Source of the DNA: Alphaproteobacteria bacterium
GTDB lineage: Bacteria; Pseudomonadota; Alphaproteobacteria; MPNO01
NCBI GenBank assembly: GCA_965248835.1
Contig: CBDFLJ010000001.1
Location: 1,504,001-1,568,000 of the forward strand
DNA: 64,000 nt
Reading direction: 5' to 3'
Position numbers and translations under genes: made by a program. Within the stretch, counting starts at the first letter, position 1, and each line of letters opens with the position of its first letter. The notes under the pieces were generated by a model, which did no database searches, was not told the DNA's origin, and saw only the letters and a list, made by a program, of their open reading frames with translations. Below are positions 8,459-17,169 of the stretch, in pieces.

Positions 8459-9790
8459 ATGGCACATCCCGGGCTTTCCGCCGAACAGAAGGAATGGTTC
8501 GACAAGGCCGATGCGCTGATCGACGAGGATCGGCTCCGCAGGTTCAACTTCGATTTGACCGCGATCCACTGCCCGACGGGGCGCGAGCGGGAAGCGAGCG
8601 AGTTCATGGTCCGGGCGCTCGCCGAGGCGGGGCTGGAGGCGTGGTACCAGCCGATGGGCGAGGAATCGGGCAACGCCGCGGCGCGGTTGAGGGGCAGCGG
8701 CGGAGGACCGAGCCTGCTGCTCTACGCGCCGATCGACACGCACCTTGAAGGCGATGCCGCAACCGACGTCCCATGGGTCGGCCCGCGTCTGCGCGCCGAC
8801 ATGGTGCCCGAGCCCGAGATCCGCGACGGGTTGGTCATCGGGCTCGGCGCGGCCAACCCCAAGGCCATGGTCACCACCCAGGTCGAGGCCGCGCGCGTGG
8901 TGCGTGCCGCCGACGTCCCGCTGAAGGGTGACCTGCTCGTGGCGTTTGCCGGCGGCGGCATGCCGGTCGACCTCGCCGGGCCCGGCAACCGCGGGCTCAG
9001 CGACGGCGTCTTCCACCTGCTGACCCGGGGGGTCTATGCCGATTTCGCGCTGGTGATGAAGCCGGGCAACGCGGTCTATTACGAGGAACCGGGCCTGTGC
9101 TGGTTCAAGGTCTCGGTCAAGGGGACGATGTGCTATGCTGGCATGACGCGCGGCATCCCCGGCTTCCGCAGCTCGATCGTGCCGGCGGCGACCGTGATTA
9201 CCGAGCTCGAGGCCTGGCTGCCGGAATATGCCGAGCGCAACAGCTCCGGCCAGATCATGCCCAATGGCTGGGTCGCCGGCGTCCAATCGGGCTGGCCCGA
9301 ACGGGTCGCCTTCCCCTCGGCGACGACCGAGATCTATCTCGACATCAGGTGCAGCCCGCGCACACCGCCGGCCGAGGTCGCCGCCCAGTTCGGCGAGGCG
9401 GTCGAAGCCATCCGCGCGCGCCACCCGGACTTCGAGCTCGATTGGGAAATGATCGCCTCGATCCCCGGTGCGAGCACCGATCCGGAGAACTGGATCATCC
9501 AATCCGCCACCCGGGCTTGGGAGACGATCGAGGGCAGACCGCACGAGCCGCCGCGCCGGACCGGGGGGCAGACCGACATCTCGACCATCCGCAATCTCGG
9601 CATCCCGACGGCGCGTACCGGTTGGCTCGCCATGCCCGAGACGGCGCCCGAAGAGCTCAAGGAAGGGCTCGGCGGCATGGGCGTCAGCAACCCGCCCGAC
9701 CTCGCCCACACCTGCCGCAAGCTGGTTTATTCGATCATCGACACCTGTATGCGCACCCGCGAGGAGGTCGGCTGCATCGGCCGGCCGTGA
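8459..9790 (+). CDS. M20/ArgE-fold protein with substituted metal ligands
   Basis: Colinear with ArgE/DapE (PTGRE, GNAAARLRGSGGGPSLLL, GLGAANPK, GGQTD), but the canonical H/D/EE/E/H ligands are absent. Confidence 0.8.
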   Translation: MAHPGLSAEQKEWFDKADALIDEDRLRRFNFDLTAIHCPTGREREASEFMVRALAEAGLEAWYQPMGEESGNAAARLRGSGGGPSLLLYAPIDTHLEGDAATDVPWVGPRLRADMVPEPEIRDGLVIGLGAANPKAMVTTQVEAARVVRAADVPLKGDLLVAFAGGGMPVDLAGPGNRGLSDGVFHLLTRGVYADFALVMKPGNAVYYEEPGLCWFKVSVKGTMCYAGMTRGIPGFRSSIVPAATVITELEAWLPEYAERNSSGQIMPNGWVAGVQSGWPERVAFPSATTEIYLDIRCSPRTPPAEVAAQFGEAVEAIRARHPDFELDWEMIASIPGASTDPENWIIQSATRAWETIEGRPHEPPRRTGGQTDISTIRNLGIPTARTGWLAMPETAPEELKEGLGGMGVSNPPDLAHTCRKLVYSIIDTCMRTREEVGCIGRP

Positions 9791-9796
9791 GCCGGA

Positions 9797-10864
9797 TCAG
9801 CCGGCCAGCCGGCGGATGATCCGGCGCATGGCAAGCAGACCGTCATCGGCATCGAGCGTGCCGCGCGGGTCGACGTCGCCCGGATTGCCCGCCGCGCCTG
9901 CCAGATCGACCGCCCGCTGCTGGGCCTCGTAGACCGCCAGATCCTCAGGCGGGATCGCCCGCATCTGCTGCTCGAAGACCGCGCGCCGGGCGTCCGGCAC
10001 CCACGCGGCGGGCAGCGAGACCGCCCAGAACTGCCGTGTCGTGCTCGGGCTGACCGGGGTCAGCGCGTGATAGACCACGAACCCCCACAGACCCTGGTCG
10101 TCGATCCAGCCCTCCGGGCCCGGTCCCGCGCCGGCCGCGCAAGAGCCGCTGTTGACGTAGATGTAGGACGGTGGGGTGTAGACGCTGGCCTGCCAGCGGT
10201 CGATGGTTCCGCCATAGCCGGCGTATTCGGTGAACGACGGGGCCGGCGGGATGTTGCTCATCCACCGCGTGACCGTCACGCAATCGCCCTCCACCGTGGT
10301 CGCGATGGACGCGGACTCGGCCAGTGCGCGGTTGCCGGTGGTGGAGGAATGGACGAACGCCAGATGCGACAGGTCGAGCAGGTTGTCGAGGATCAGCCGA
10401 TAGCCGCACCGGGCCTCGATCGTCCCGCTGTGGGTGATCCAGTCTTCGTCGACCAGCCGGGTCTGGAAGTCCGGGACCAAGGCAGGATCGACCCGGTCGG
10501 GATCGCCCATCCAGACGAACACCCAGCCGAGATTTTCCGCCGTCGGGTAGCTGCGGACCCGCGCCCAGCCGGGCACCGAATCCTGGCCCGGCACGTGCAC
10601 GCAGCGCCCGTCGCGGCCAAAGACCAGACCGTGATACCCGCATTCCAGCCGGTCGCCGTCGCGCCGTCCGGCCGACAGCGGCAGGTTGCGGTGCGCGCAG
10701 CGGTCCTCGAGGGCGACCACCGAGCCGTCCTCGGCACGGTACAGCGCCACCATCTCGTCCAGCATGACACGGCCGATCGGCGCGTGGCCGACCTCCTCGC
10801 TCCAGGCCGCGACGTACCACGCCTGGCGGATCAGCGTGCGCGGATCGAATTCGGTATCGGTCAT
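9797..10864 (-). CDS. Rieske oxygenase alpha subunit, VanA/O-demethylase-like
   Basis: AWYVAAW, DRCAHR, CGYHG, DNLLDLSHLAFVH and PEDLAVYEAQQ. Start at MTDTEF (10864). Confidence 0.88.
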   Translation of the reverse strand: MTDTEFDPRTLIRQAWYVAAWSEEVGHAPIGRVMLDEMVALYRAEDGSVVALEDRCAHRNLPLSAGRRDGDRLECGYHGLVFGRDGRCVHVPGQDSVPGWARVRSYPTAENLGWVFVWMGDPDRVDPALVPDFQTRLVDEDWITHSGTIEARCGYRLILDNLLDLSHLAFVHSSTTGNRALAESASIATTVEGDCVTVTRWMSNIPPAPSFTEYAGYGGTIDRWQASVYTPPSYIYVNSGSCAAGAGPGPEGWIDDQGLWGFVVYHALTPVSPSTTRQFWAVSLPAAWVPDARRAVFEQQMRAIPPEDLAVYEAQQRAVDLAGAAGNPGDVDPRGTLDADDGLLAMRRIIRRLAG

Positions 10865-10892
10865 CTCCCCCGCCGAGCTGCCCCGCTCCCGC

Positions 10893-11351
10893 CTATGATA
10901 GCCGCACTCTTGCGCCCAATTCTGCACAATCGGCATCGGTCTTCAGGCCGCAGGCGCGGATTCCGTACACCGCCAGCTCGTCGTCGCGTTCCTGGGCATC
11001 GCCGGTCACGCCGACTGCACCGATAACCTCTGCCCGGTCGTTGCGGATAAGCTGTCCACCGCCTTCGGGAAAGATCCGCTCGCCCGATGCCTTGATCAAA
11101 TAGTCCATGAACATCGGCCGCTCCTCGGCGCGAATGCGCACCAGGTTGGACGACCGTCCGAGCGCCAGCGCCGCATAGGCTTTGCCGTACGCCATCTCGA
11201 AGCGCAGCATGGCGCCGTGGTCCTCTTTCTGGAATGCCTTGAGGACTGCGCCCGGCTCGACCACCACCGCGGCCAGCGGCCGGCAGTCGAGCTCACGCCC
11301 GCGCGCGAAAATCCTGTCGATGACCGCGTTGGCCTGCTCGAGCGTGATCAT
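10893..11351 (-). CDS. GlcG/HbpS heme-binding family protein
   Basis: ITLEQA, AYGKAYAA, EGGGQLI and IGAVGVTG..DD motifs. Start uncertain (11351 or 11369). Confidence 0.85.
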   Translation of the reverse strand: MITLEQANAVIDRIFARGRELDCRPLAAVVVEPGAVLKAFQKEDHGAMLRFEMAYGKAYAALALGRSSNLVRIRAEERPMFMDYLIKASGERIFPEGGGQLIRNDRAEVIGAVGVTGDAQERDDELAVYGIRACGLKTDADCAELGARVRLS

Positions 11352-11369
11352 CGTCCATTGCCTGGGCAT

Positions 11370-11390
11370 AACTGTTTCGCGCGAACAGTT
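11370..11390. promoter_or_regulatory. Inverted repeat AACTGTT-N7-AACAGTT, candidate operator in a divergent intergenic region
   Basis: Perfect 7-bp AT-rich arms in a GC-rich background, between the divergent GlcG-like and M24 genes. Confidence 0.4.
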
Positions 11391-11512
11391 TCACGAATTC
11401 CGACGCGCTCCGATAGCCGCCCCGCCAAAAAATCCGATGGCCTGCGCGTTTGAGGCGTCCCGCCTGCTCGGCTAGGTTGGGTATCGGTACAACCGCTGCG
11501 TGGAGGAGCCGC

Positions 11513-12664
11513 ATGCCGGTACCGGCCGAGGAGTATGTCGCGCGCACCGCCCGCGCCCGCGCGCTGATGCGCGTGCACGACATGGATGGGCTGGTGGTGA
11601 CCGATGCGACCAGCTTCTTCTATTTCAGCGGTCAGAAGGCGCCTGCCTGGATGAAGCAGCGGCCGAACGTGTTCATCCTGCCGCTCGAAGGCGAGCCGGT
11701 GGTGATCACCTGGTCGGGGCCGGGCATGTTCGCAAGGCTCTATGGCCGGCCCTACCCGTCCTGGGTCGAGGACCGCAGGATCTATCCCGAGACGCCGTTC
11801 AACACCGAAGCGCGGGTCGATTGGGGGATCGCCGAGGCGCTCAGGGACCGCGGGCTCGCCAAGGGTGCGGTCGGCATCGAGCTTGGCCGCGAGACCTGGC
11901 TCGGCATTCCCTATGCCGATTTCATCCGGCTGCAGGAGGACATGCCCGGGGTCCGGTTCGTCGAATCGGGACCGGTGATCTGGGGCTGCCGGATGATCAA
12001 GTCCGAATGGGAGATCGAGGCCCAGCGCCGGGCGTGCGCGATCGGCGGCGCGGCCTGGAAGCGCTGTCTCGCCGAACTCCATGTCGGCATCACCGCAGCG
12101 GAGATCCAGAAGCGCATCATCACCTACTACATGGAGGGCGGCGCCGACCTCGGCTCCGAGCCGCCGATCGCGCTCGGCGCCCGCGGGCCGGGCGGCGCCT
12201 TCCAGGAGGGCGACGTGCTCTATCTCGACGGCGGATGCACCGTGGAGGGCTATCGGATGGACTTCACCCGCCGCGCGGTCTTCGGTGCGCCGAGCGACCG
12301 CCAGCGGCGCGAACACGACGGGATGTGGGAGATCCTCTACAAGGTGATGGAGCGGATGAAGCCCGGCGCGACCCAGGCCGAGATCTTCGCGTATTCCCAG
12401 TCGCTGCTGGCCAAGACCGCGTTCGTCAACTACTCCGACCACCCGGCCAAGCGCATCGGCCACGGGATCGGGCTGGAGACCGAGCCGCCCTCGATGAACC
12501 CGTTCGATCCCAACCCGCTGCAGGTCGGCATGACGCTGACGCCGGAGCCCAAGATCGAATCGGTGGACGGTCTGGTGAACCCGGAGGAGCACGTCGCGAT
12601 CCGCGAACACGGCTGCGAGATCCTGTCGACCGATCCGGGCTGGGAACTGTTCGTGGTGCGCTGA
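11513..12664 (+). CDS. M24 (Xaa-Pro peptidase/creatinase fold) hydrolase
   Basis: GGAGGAG RBS, creatinase-like N-domain, RMIKSEWE, and metal motifs LDGG..DFTR, GHGIGL, TPEP and EE. Confidence 0.88.
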   Translation: MPVPAEEYVARTARARALMRVHDMDGLVVTDATSFFYFSGQKAPAWMKQRPNVFILPLEGEPVVITWSGPGMFARLYGRPYPSWVEDRRIYPETPFNTEARVDWGIAEALRDRGLAKGAVGIELGRETWLGIPYADFIRLQEDMPGVRFVESGPVIWGCRMIKSEWEIEAQRRACAIGGAAWKRCLAELHVGITAAEIQKRIITYYMEGGADLGSEPPIALGARGPGGAFQEGDVLYLDGGCTVEGYRMDFTRRAVFGAPSDRQRREHDGMWEILYKVMERMKPGATQAEIFAYSQSLLAKTAFVNYSDHPAKRIGHGIGLETEPPSMNPFDPNPLQVGMTLTPEPKIESVDGLVNPEEHVAIREHGCEILSTDPGWELFVVR

Positions 12665-12669
12665 GGCTC

Positions 12670-13668
12670 ATGGTCGAAGCCGGTTCCAGGTTTCCCGAGA
12701 TCCTGCTGCTGACCCGCGCGGACATCGAGGCTGTCGCACCGGACCTGGTCGAGATCGTCGATCTGGCCGAGCGCACCTACTTGATGGAGGCGCGCGGCGA
12801 GGCCGACGTCCCGGTCAAGGTCGGCGTCCATCCCCATGGACGCCACACCTTCCTCCACGCGCTGCCCGCCTGGATCCCGGCCGATCGGGCGCTCGGCATG
12901 AAATGGATCTCCTACTTTCCCGGCAATTTCGAGCGCGGCATGCCCGACTCCTCGGGGCTGATCGTGCTCAACGATCCCGATCACGGCCTGCCGGTGGCCA
13001 TCATGGAAGGCATGTGGATCACCTTCGTGCGCACCGCGGCGTGCGGCGCGGTGGCGGCCCGTCTTTGCGCGATCGAGCATCCGCGCACGCTCGCGCTGAT
13101 CGGCTGCGGCGGGCTGGGCACCTGGTCGCTCCGCGTGCTGTCGGCGATCTACCCGGGGATCACGGAGGTCCGCGTGGCCTCACGGACGCCGGAATCGCGG
13201 CTTGCGTTCTGCGCCCGGATGGCCGCGGAAGGCGACTGGGACCTGCGCCCGGTCGCCGACAACGAACAGGCGGTGCGCGGCGCGGACATTGTCGTCTCCT
13301 CGGTCCCGCAGGGCAGCCACCGTGCGCTCCGCGGCGCGTGGTGGAGCCCGGGCGCGGTCGGGATCGCGCTCGACGTGGTGGCCGCCTGGGACGATCCCGC
13401 CTACCGCATGGTCGATCGGATCGTCGCCGACAGTCTCCCGGCACTGCATCTGGCGCGCGACCGGCGCCGGCCCGACCTCGACCTGCCCGACACGCTCACC
13501 TCCTTTGGCGACATCCTGCTCGGCAACGCCGCGGGCCGGACCGGGCCGGACGAACGCATCATGGCGATCCCGACGGGCATCGGAAGTATCGACATTACGC
13601 TGGGCTGGGAGATATACCGCCGGGCCTTGGCGGCGGGCAGCGGGCGCAAGATCGACCTGCTGTCCTAG
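12670..13668 (+). CDS. Ornithine cyclodeaminase/mu-crystallin family protein
   Basis: GMKWISYFPGN, ITFVRTAA, IGCGGLG Rossmann motif and GRTGPDERI...GIGSID. Confidence 0.88.
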   Translation: MVEAGSRFPEILLLTRADIEAVAPDLVEIVDLAERTYLMEARGEADVPVKVGVHPHGRHTFLHALPAWIPADRALGMKWISYFPGNFERGMPDSSGLIVLNDPDHGLPVAIMEGMWITFVRTAACGAVAARLCAIEHPRTLALIGCGGLGTWSLRVLSAIYPGITEVRVASRTPESRLAFCARMAAEGDWDLRPVADNEQAVRGADIVVSSVPQGSHRALRGAWWSPGAVGIALDVVAAWDDPAYRMVDRIVADSLPALHLARDRRRPDLDLPDTLTSFGDILLGNAAGRTGPDERIMAIPTGIGSIDITLGWEIYRRALAAGSGRKIDLLS

Positions 13669-13680
13669 CGGGCCGACCCG

Positions 13681-14790
13681 ATGAGGGGCTTCATGGACGG
13701 ACTTACGACGACATTGACCGAACACAGCCGGCTCGGCCGGCTCGATCCGGACTCCCTGGTGTTCGGCGAGCTGTTCTCCGATCACATGTTCTCGTTGGTC
13801 TATGAGAACGGCGCGTGGCAAAAGCCGGAGATCCTGCCCTACGGGCCGATCGCGATCGAGCCCGGGGTGATGACCATGCACTACAGCCAGATGGTTTTCG
13901 AGGGGCTGAAGGCCTATCGCGGGGTGGACGGGGCGATCCGGCTGTTCCGTCCCGAGCGCAACGCGGCCAGGCTGCGCGCGTCGTGCCGCCGGATGTGCAT
14001 CCCGGAGATCGACGAGGACGTGTTCATCGAGGCGATCGAGGCGCTGGTGCGCATCGACCACCGCTGGGTGCCGGACCGGCCGGGCTGTGCGCTCTACATC
14101 CGGCCGATCGTCTTCAGCACCGAGCAGCACCTCGAAGTCCGCCCCTCGACCACCTTCCGGATGATCATCCTGACCTGTCCCGCCGGGCAATACTTCAAGA
14201 CCGGCGCCGCCGGCCTTTCGCTCAAGGTCGAGGACGTCTTCGCCCGGACCGCGCCGCACGGCGGCGTCGGCGAAGCCAAGACCTCGGCCAACTACGCCAC
14301 AACCTTCCTCGCCGGCCGCCGGGCGCGCGATGACGGCTTCGACCAGGTCCTGTGGCTCGACGGCGGCGCGCACCGCTATGTCGAAGAAGCCGGGTTGATG
14401 AACGTCTTTTTCAAGATCGGCGAGCGGGTGATCACGCCCGCGCTCGACGGCGCGATCCTACCCGGCATCACCAGGGCGAGCGCGGTTACGCTGATCGAGG
14501 ACCACGGCATCGCGGTCGAGCAGCGCCGGCTCGCCATCGACGAGGTGGCCGACGCCTTCGCGCGCGGCGCCATGGAGGAGGTCTTCGTCACCGGCACCGC
14601 AGCGGTGGTGCTGCCGGTCGGCCGGCTTCATCTGAAGGGGGAGGATCTCATGCCGGCACACCGCGACGCCGGGCCGCTGACTCGATGGCTGCACGACGCG
14701 CTCACCGGGATTCAATTCGGCCGCCAGGCCGACCACCGCGGCTGGACCCGGACCGTCGTGCCTCCGCCCGGCGTCGCGAGGACCGCGTGA
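13681..14790 (+). CDS. ilvE: Branched-chain amino acid aminotransferase (class IV)
   Basis: FSDHMF, HYSQMVFEGLKAY, AKTSANY (PLP Lys), EEAGLMN, ILPGITR and TGTAA. Confidence 0.9.
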   Translation: MRGFMDGLTTTLTEHSRLGRLDPDSLVFGELFSDHMFSLVYENGAWQKPEILPYGPIAIEPGVMTMHYSQMVFEGLKAYRGVDGAIRLFRPERNAARLRASCRRMCIPEIDEDVFIEAIEALVRIDHRWVPDRPGCALYIRPIVFSTEQHLEVRPSTTFRMIILTCPAGQYFKTGAAGLSLKVEDVFARTAPHGGVGEAKTSANYATTFLAGRRARDDGFDQVLWLDGGAHRYVEEAGLMNVFFKIGERVITPALDGAILPGITRASAVTLIEDHGIAVEQRRLAIDEVADAFARGAMEEVFVTGTAAVVLPVGRLHLKGEDLMPAHRDAGPLTRWLHDALTGIQFGRQADHRGWTRTVVPPPGVARTA

Positions 14791-15410
14791 TGGAACGCCT
14801 GTCCAGGGAGATTCTGTCCTTCTGGTTCGGCACCACCGACCTCGGCGCCCCGATCGAACGGCGCCAGATCTGGTTCCGCGCGACGCCCGAGTTCGACGCC
14901 TACCTCGCCCGGACCTATGCCGGGGTTCATGAGCAGGCGGCGGCGGGCGCGCTCGATCACTTCATGAATACTGCCGAGGATTGCCTGACGCTGATCATCG
15001 CTCTGGACCAGTTCCCGCGGAACATCTTTCGCGGCACCGCGCGCGCCTATGCGACCGACGCGAAGGCGCGCACTGTGGCCAGGCACGCGCTCGCCCAGGG
15101 TTATGACCAGGCCTTCTACCGCTGGCCGCGGACGTTCACCTACCTGCCCTTCGAGCACAGCGAGATCCTTGCCGACCAGGAGCGCGGGGTCGCGCTCTAC
15201 CGCACCCTTGGCGACGAGCGCTCCCTGGAGTCGGCCGTGGGCCACTACGAGGCGATCAGGCGCTTCGGCCGCTTCCCCCACAGGAACGCCATGCTCGGCC
15301 GCGTGAGCACCCCGGAGGAGGAAGCGTATCTCAAGGACCCGCCGCTTTGGGGCATGACCGCGGCCCAAGTCGCCGCGCTGGAAGAGCGCAAGGCGTTGGA
15401 GGACGGCTGA
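14790..15410 (+). CDS. DUF924 family protein
   Basis: ILSFWF, LDQFPRNIFR, YLPFEHSE and FGRFPHRN. TGATG overlap with ilvE. Confidence 0.88.
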   Translation: MERLSREILSFWFGTTDLGAPIERRQIWFRATPEFDAYLARTYAGVHEQAAAGALDHFMNTAEDCLTLIIALDQFPRNIFRGTARAYATDAKARTVARHALAQGYDQAFYRWPRTFTYLPFEHSEILADQERGVALYRTLGDERSLESAVGHYEAIRRFGRFPHRNAMLGRVSTPEEEAYLKDPPLWGMTAAQVAALEERKALEDG

Positions 15411-15430
15411 ACCCGGCACCCGTGGTCGGG

Positions 15431-17164
15431 TCAGTCGCGAGTGGCGGTGCCGTCGGGCAGGATGCGAACGCCGTAGTTGCTGAGCGCGCTCTCGCCGGAG
15501 ATGTAGCCGTGGCTGACGTCGCGCGCCACCGCCGCCGGCGGGCGCTCCAGCGGCACGCCGTAGCCGCCGCCGCCGCCGGCCTCGACGCACACGGCGTCGC
15601 CGGGCTCGAGCGGGACGGCGTCAGCCTTGTAATACGTCTCCGGTTCCGTGCCGGCCGCGCGCATCACCGAAACCCGGCCCGATTTCCCGTCTCTGCCGCC
15701 GAGAACGCCCCACGGCGGGCAGCCGATGCGGTCGAAGTTGACCCACAGCCTGCACGGCGCCAGCACGCGGTAGCGCTTGCGAAAACCCAGCCCGCCGCGC
15801 CACTTGCCCGCGCCGCCGGAATCCTCGCGCAGCGCGAGCTCCTCGTAGCGGAACGGGTACATCGATTCCTGAAGCTCCATCGGGATGATCCGCGAATCGC
15901 CGTGCGCCATGGTGCGGAACGGGCCGGAGCCGTCATGGGTCGCGCACGCACCCCAGCCGCCGTGGGCGGAATCGTAGCAGTCGAACCAGCTCCCGTCGGT
16001 GCGGTGACCGTAGATCCGAACCGAGGAATAGGTGCCGAAATGTGCACCCGTGACGGTCTCGGGAAGCGCCGGCGCCAGCGCCTTGATCAGCGTGTCGATG
16101 ATGGTCGGGAACGGGAACCCGTAATGACCCATCGGTGCCGTCGGCCGGGCGCTGACCAGCGTCCCGTCGGGCAGGATCAGCTTGAGCGGCCGGAAGGTCC
16201 CCTCGTTCGCCGGCTCGCCGCGGGCGATGAGGTACATGAACGCGACGCGGGCGGTGGTCACGCCGCCGCCGTGGCGCCCCGAATTGATCCGGCCCTCGAC
16301 CTGTTCGGGCATCTCGGAATAATCGACCGTCATCACCGAGCCCTCGACCACGACCCGGACCTTGATCGGGATGCGCTGTTCGCGCATGCCGTCGTTGTCG
16401 AGGAAGGACTCCGCTTCGTAGACGCCGTCCGGAATCGCCTCGATCCGCTTGCGGCTCGCCGCCTCGCACTGGTCAAGGATGATCTCAAGGGCCGCCCACC
16501 AGGTCTCCAGCCCGGCCTTCTCGGCCAACCCCCTGGTGAGGTCGCGCCCCATAAGGCAGCCGCCGAGCTGCGCCTCGATGTCGCCCAACAGCTCGGTCGG
16601 GAAACGGGTATTGCATTCGATGATGCGATAGACCTCCTCGATCGGCTCTCCGCGCGAATGGATCTTTACCGAGCGGTACTGAATGCCTTCCGCGAAGATG
16701 TCGCTCGCCCGGTAGGTGCCGACCTCGCCGCCGATGTCGATCCAGTGGCAGTTGATGGCGAAGAAGCCGATCAGCTCCTCTGCCGCACCGGCAAAGACCG
16801 GCGTGTACATGACGGTGTTGTTGAGATGCTGGCCCTGGACGGCGGCGTGGTTGCACAGAACGACGTCGCCCGGATGGAACCGCGCCTTGCCGTAGACCTG
16901 GAGCCCGTCGCGCACCGCGGCGCCCACCGCGTCGGCGACGAAGACCGGCATGCCGCCGTTGCATTGGGCGATCAGCCGACCGTCCGCGTCGGTCATGCCA
17001 ACCGCGTAGTCCTTGTACTCGTATATGTAGGGGCTGAAGGCGGTGCGGGTGATGTTGGCATCGATCTGGTCGTTGATCGAGATGATGCCGTGGCGGATGA
17101 CCTCCAAGGTGATCGGATCGACCGCACGGTTCTGCGTCGGGCCTGTGGTCTGCCTGGTCGCCAT
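15431..17164 (-). CDS. Hydantoinase B/oxoprolinase family subunit
   Basis: DPITLEVI, RTAFSPYIYE, HWIDIGG, DSGGAGKWRGG and GGGGYG. Start at MATRQ. Confidence 0.92.
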   Translation of the reverse strand: MATRQTTGPTQNRAVDPITLEVIRHGIISINDQIDANITRTAFSPYIYEYKDYAVGMTDADGRLIAQCNGGMPVFVADAVGAAVRDGLQVYGKARFHPGDVVLCNHAAVQGQHLNNTVMYTPVFAGAAEELIGFFAINCHWIDIGGEVGTYRASDIFAEGIQYRSVKIHSRGEPIEEVYRIIECNTRFPTELLGDIEAQLGGCLMGRDLTRGLAEKAGLETWWAALEIILDQCEAASRKRIEAIPDGVYEAESFLDNDGMREQRIPIKVRVVVEGSVMTVDYSEMPEQVEGRINSGRHGGGVTTARVAFMYLIARGEPANEGTFRPLKLILPDGTLVSARPTAPMGHYGFPFPTIIDTLIKALAPALPETVTGAHFGTYSSVRIYGHRTDGSWFDCYDSAHGGWGACATHDGSGPFRTMAHGDSRIIPMELQESMYPFRYEELALREDSGGAGKWRGGLGFRKRYRVLAPCRLWVNFDRIGCPPWGVLGGRDGKSGRVSVMRAAGTEPETYYKADAVPLEPGDAVCVEAGGGGGYGVPLERPPAAVARDVSHGYISGESALSNYGVRILPDGTATRD

Positions 17165-17169
17165 GTTGC

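Noticed and set aside
6187-8673. Very long antisense or alternate-frame ORFs (e.g. 828 aa here, also 21425-24016, 52818-55079 and 45522-47663)
   Set aside because: Shadow ORFs of high-GC coding sequence. They overlap motif-bearing genes and have no recognisable domains.
11372-11388. LexA SOS box CTGT-N8-ACAG
   Set aside because: The spacer is 9 nt, and the neighbouring genes are not SOS genes.
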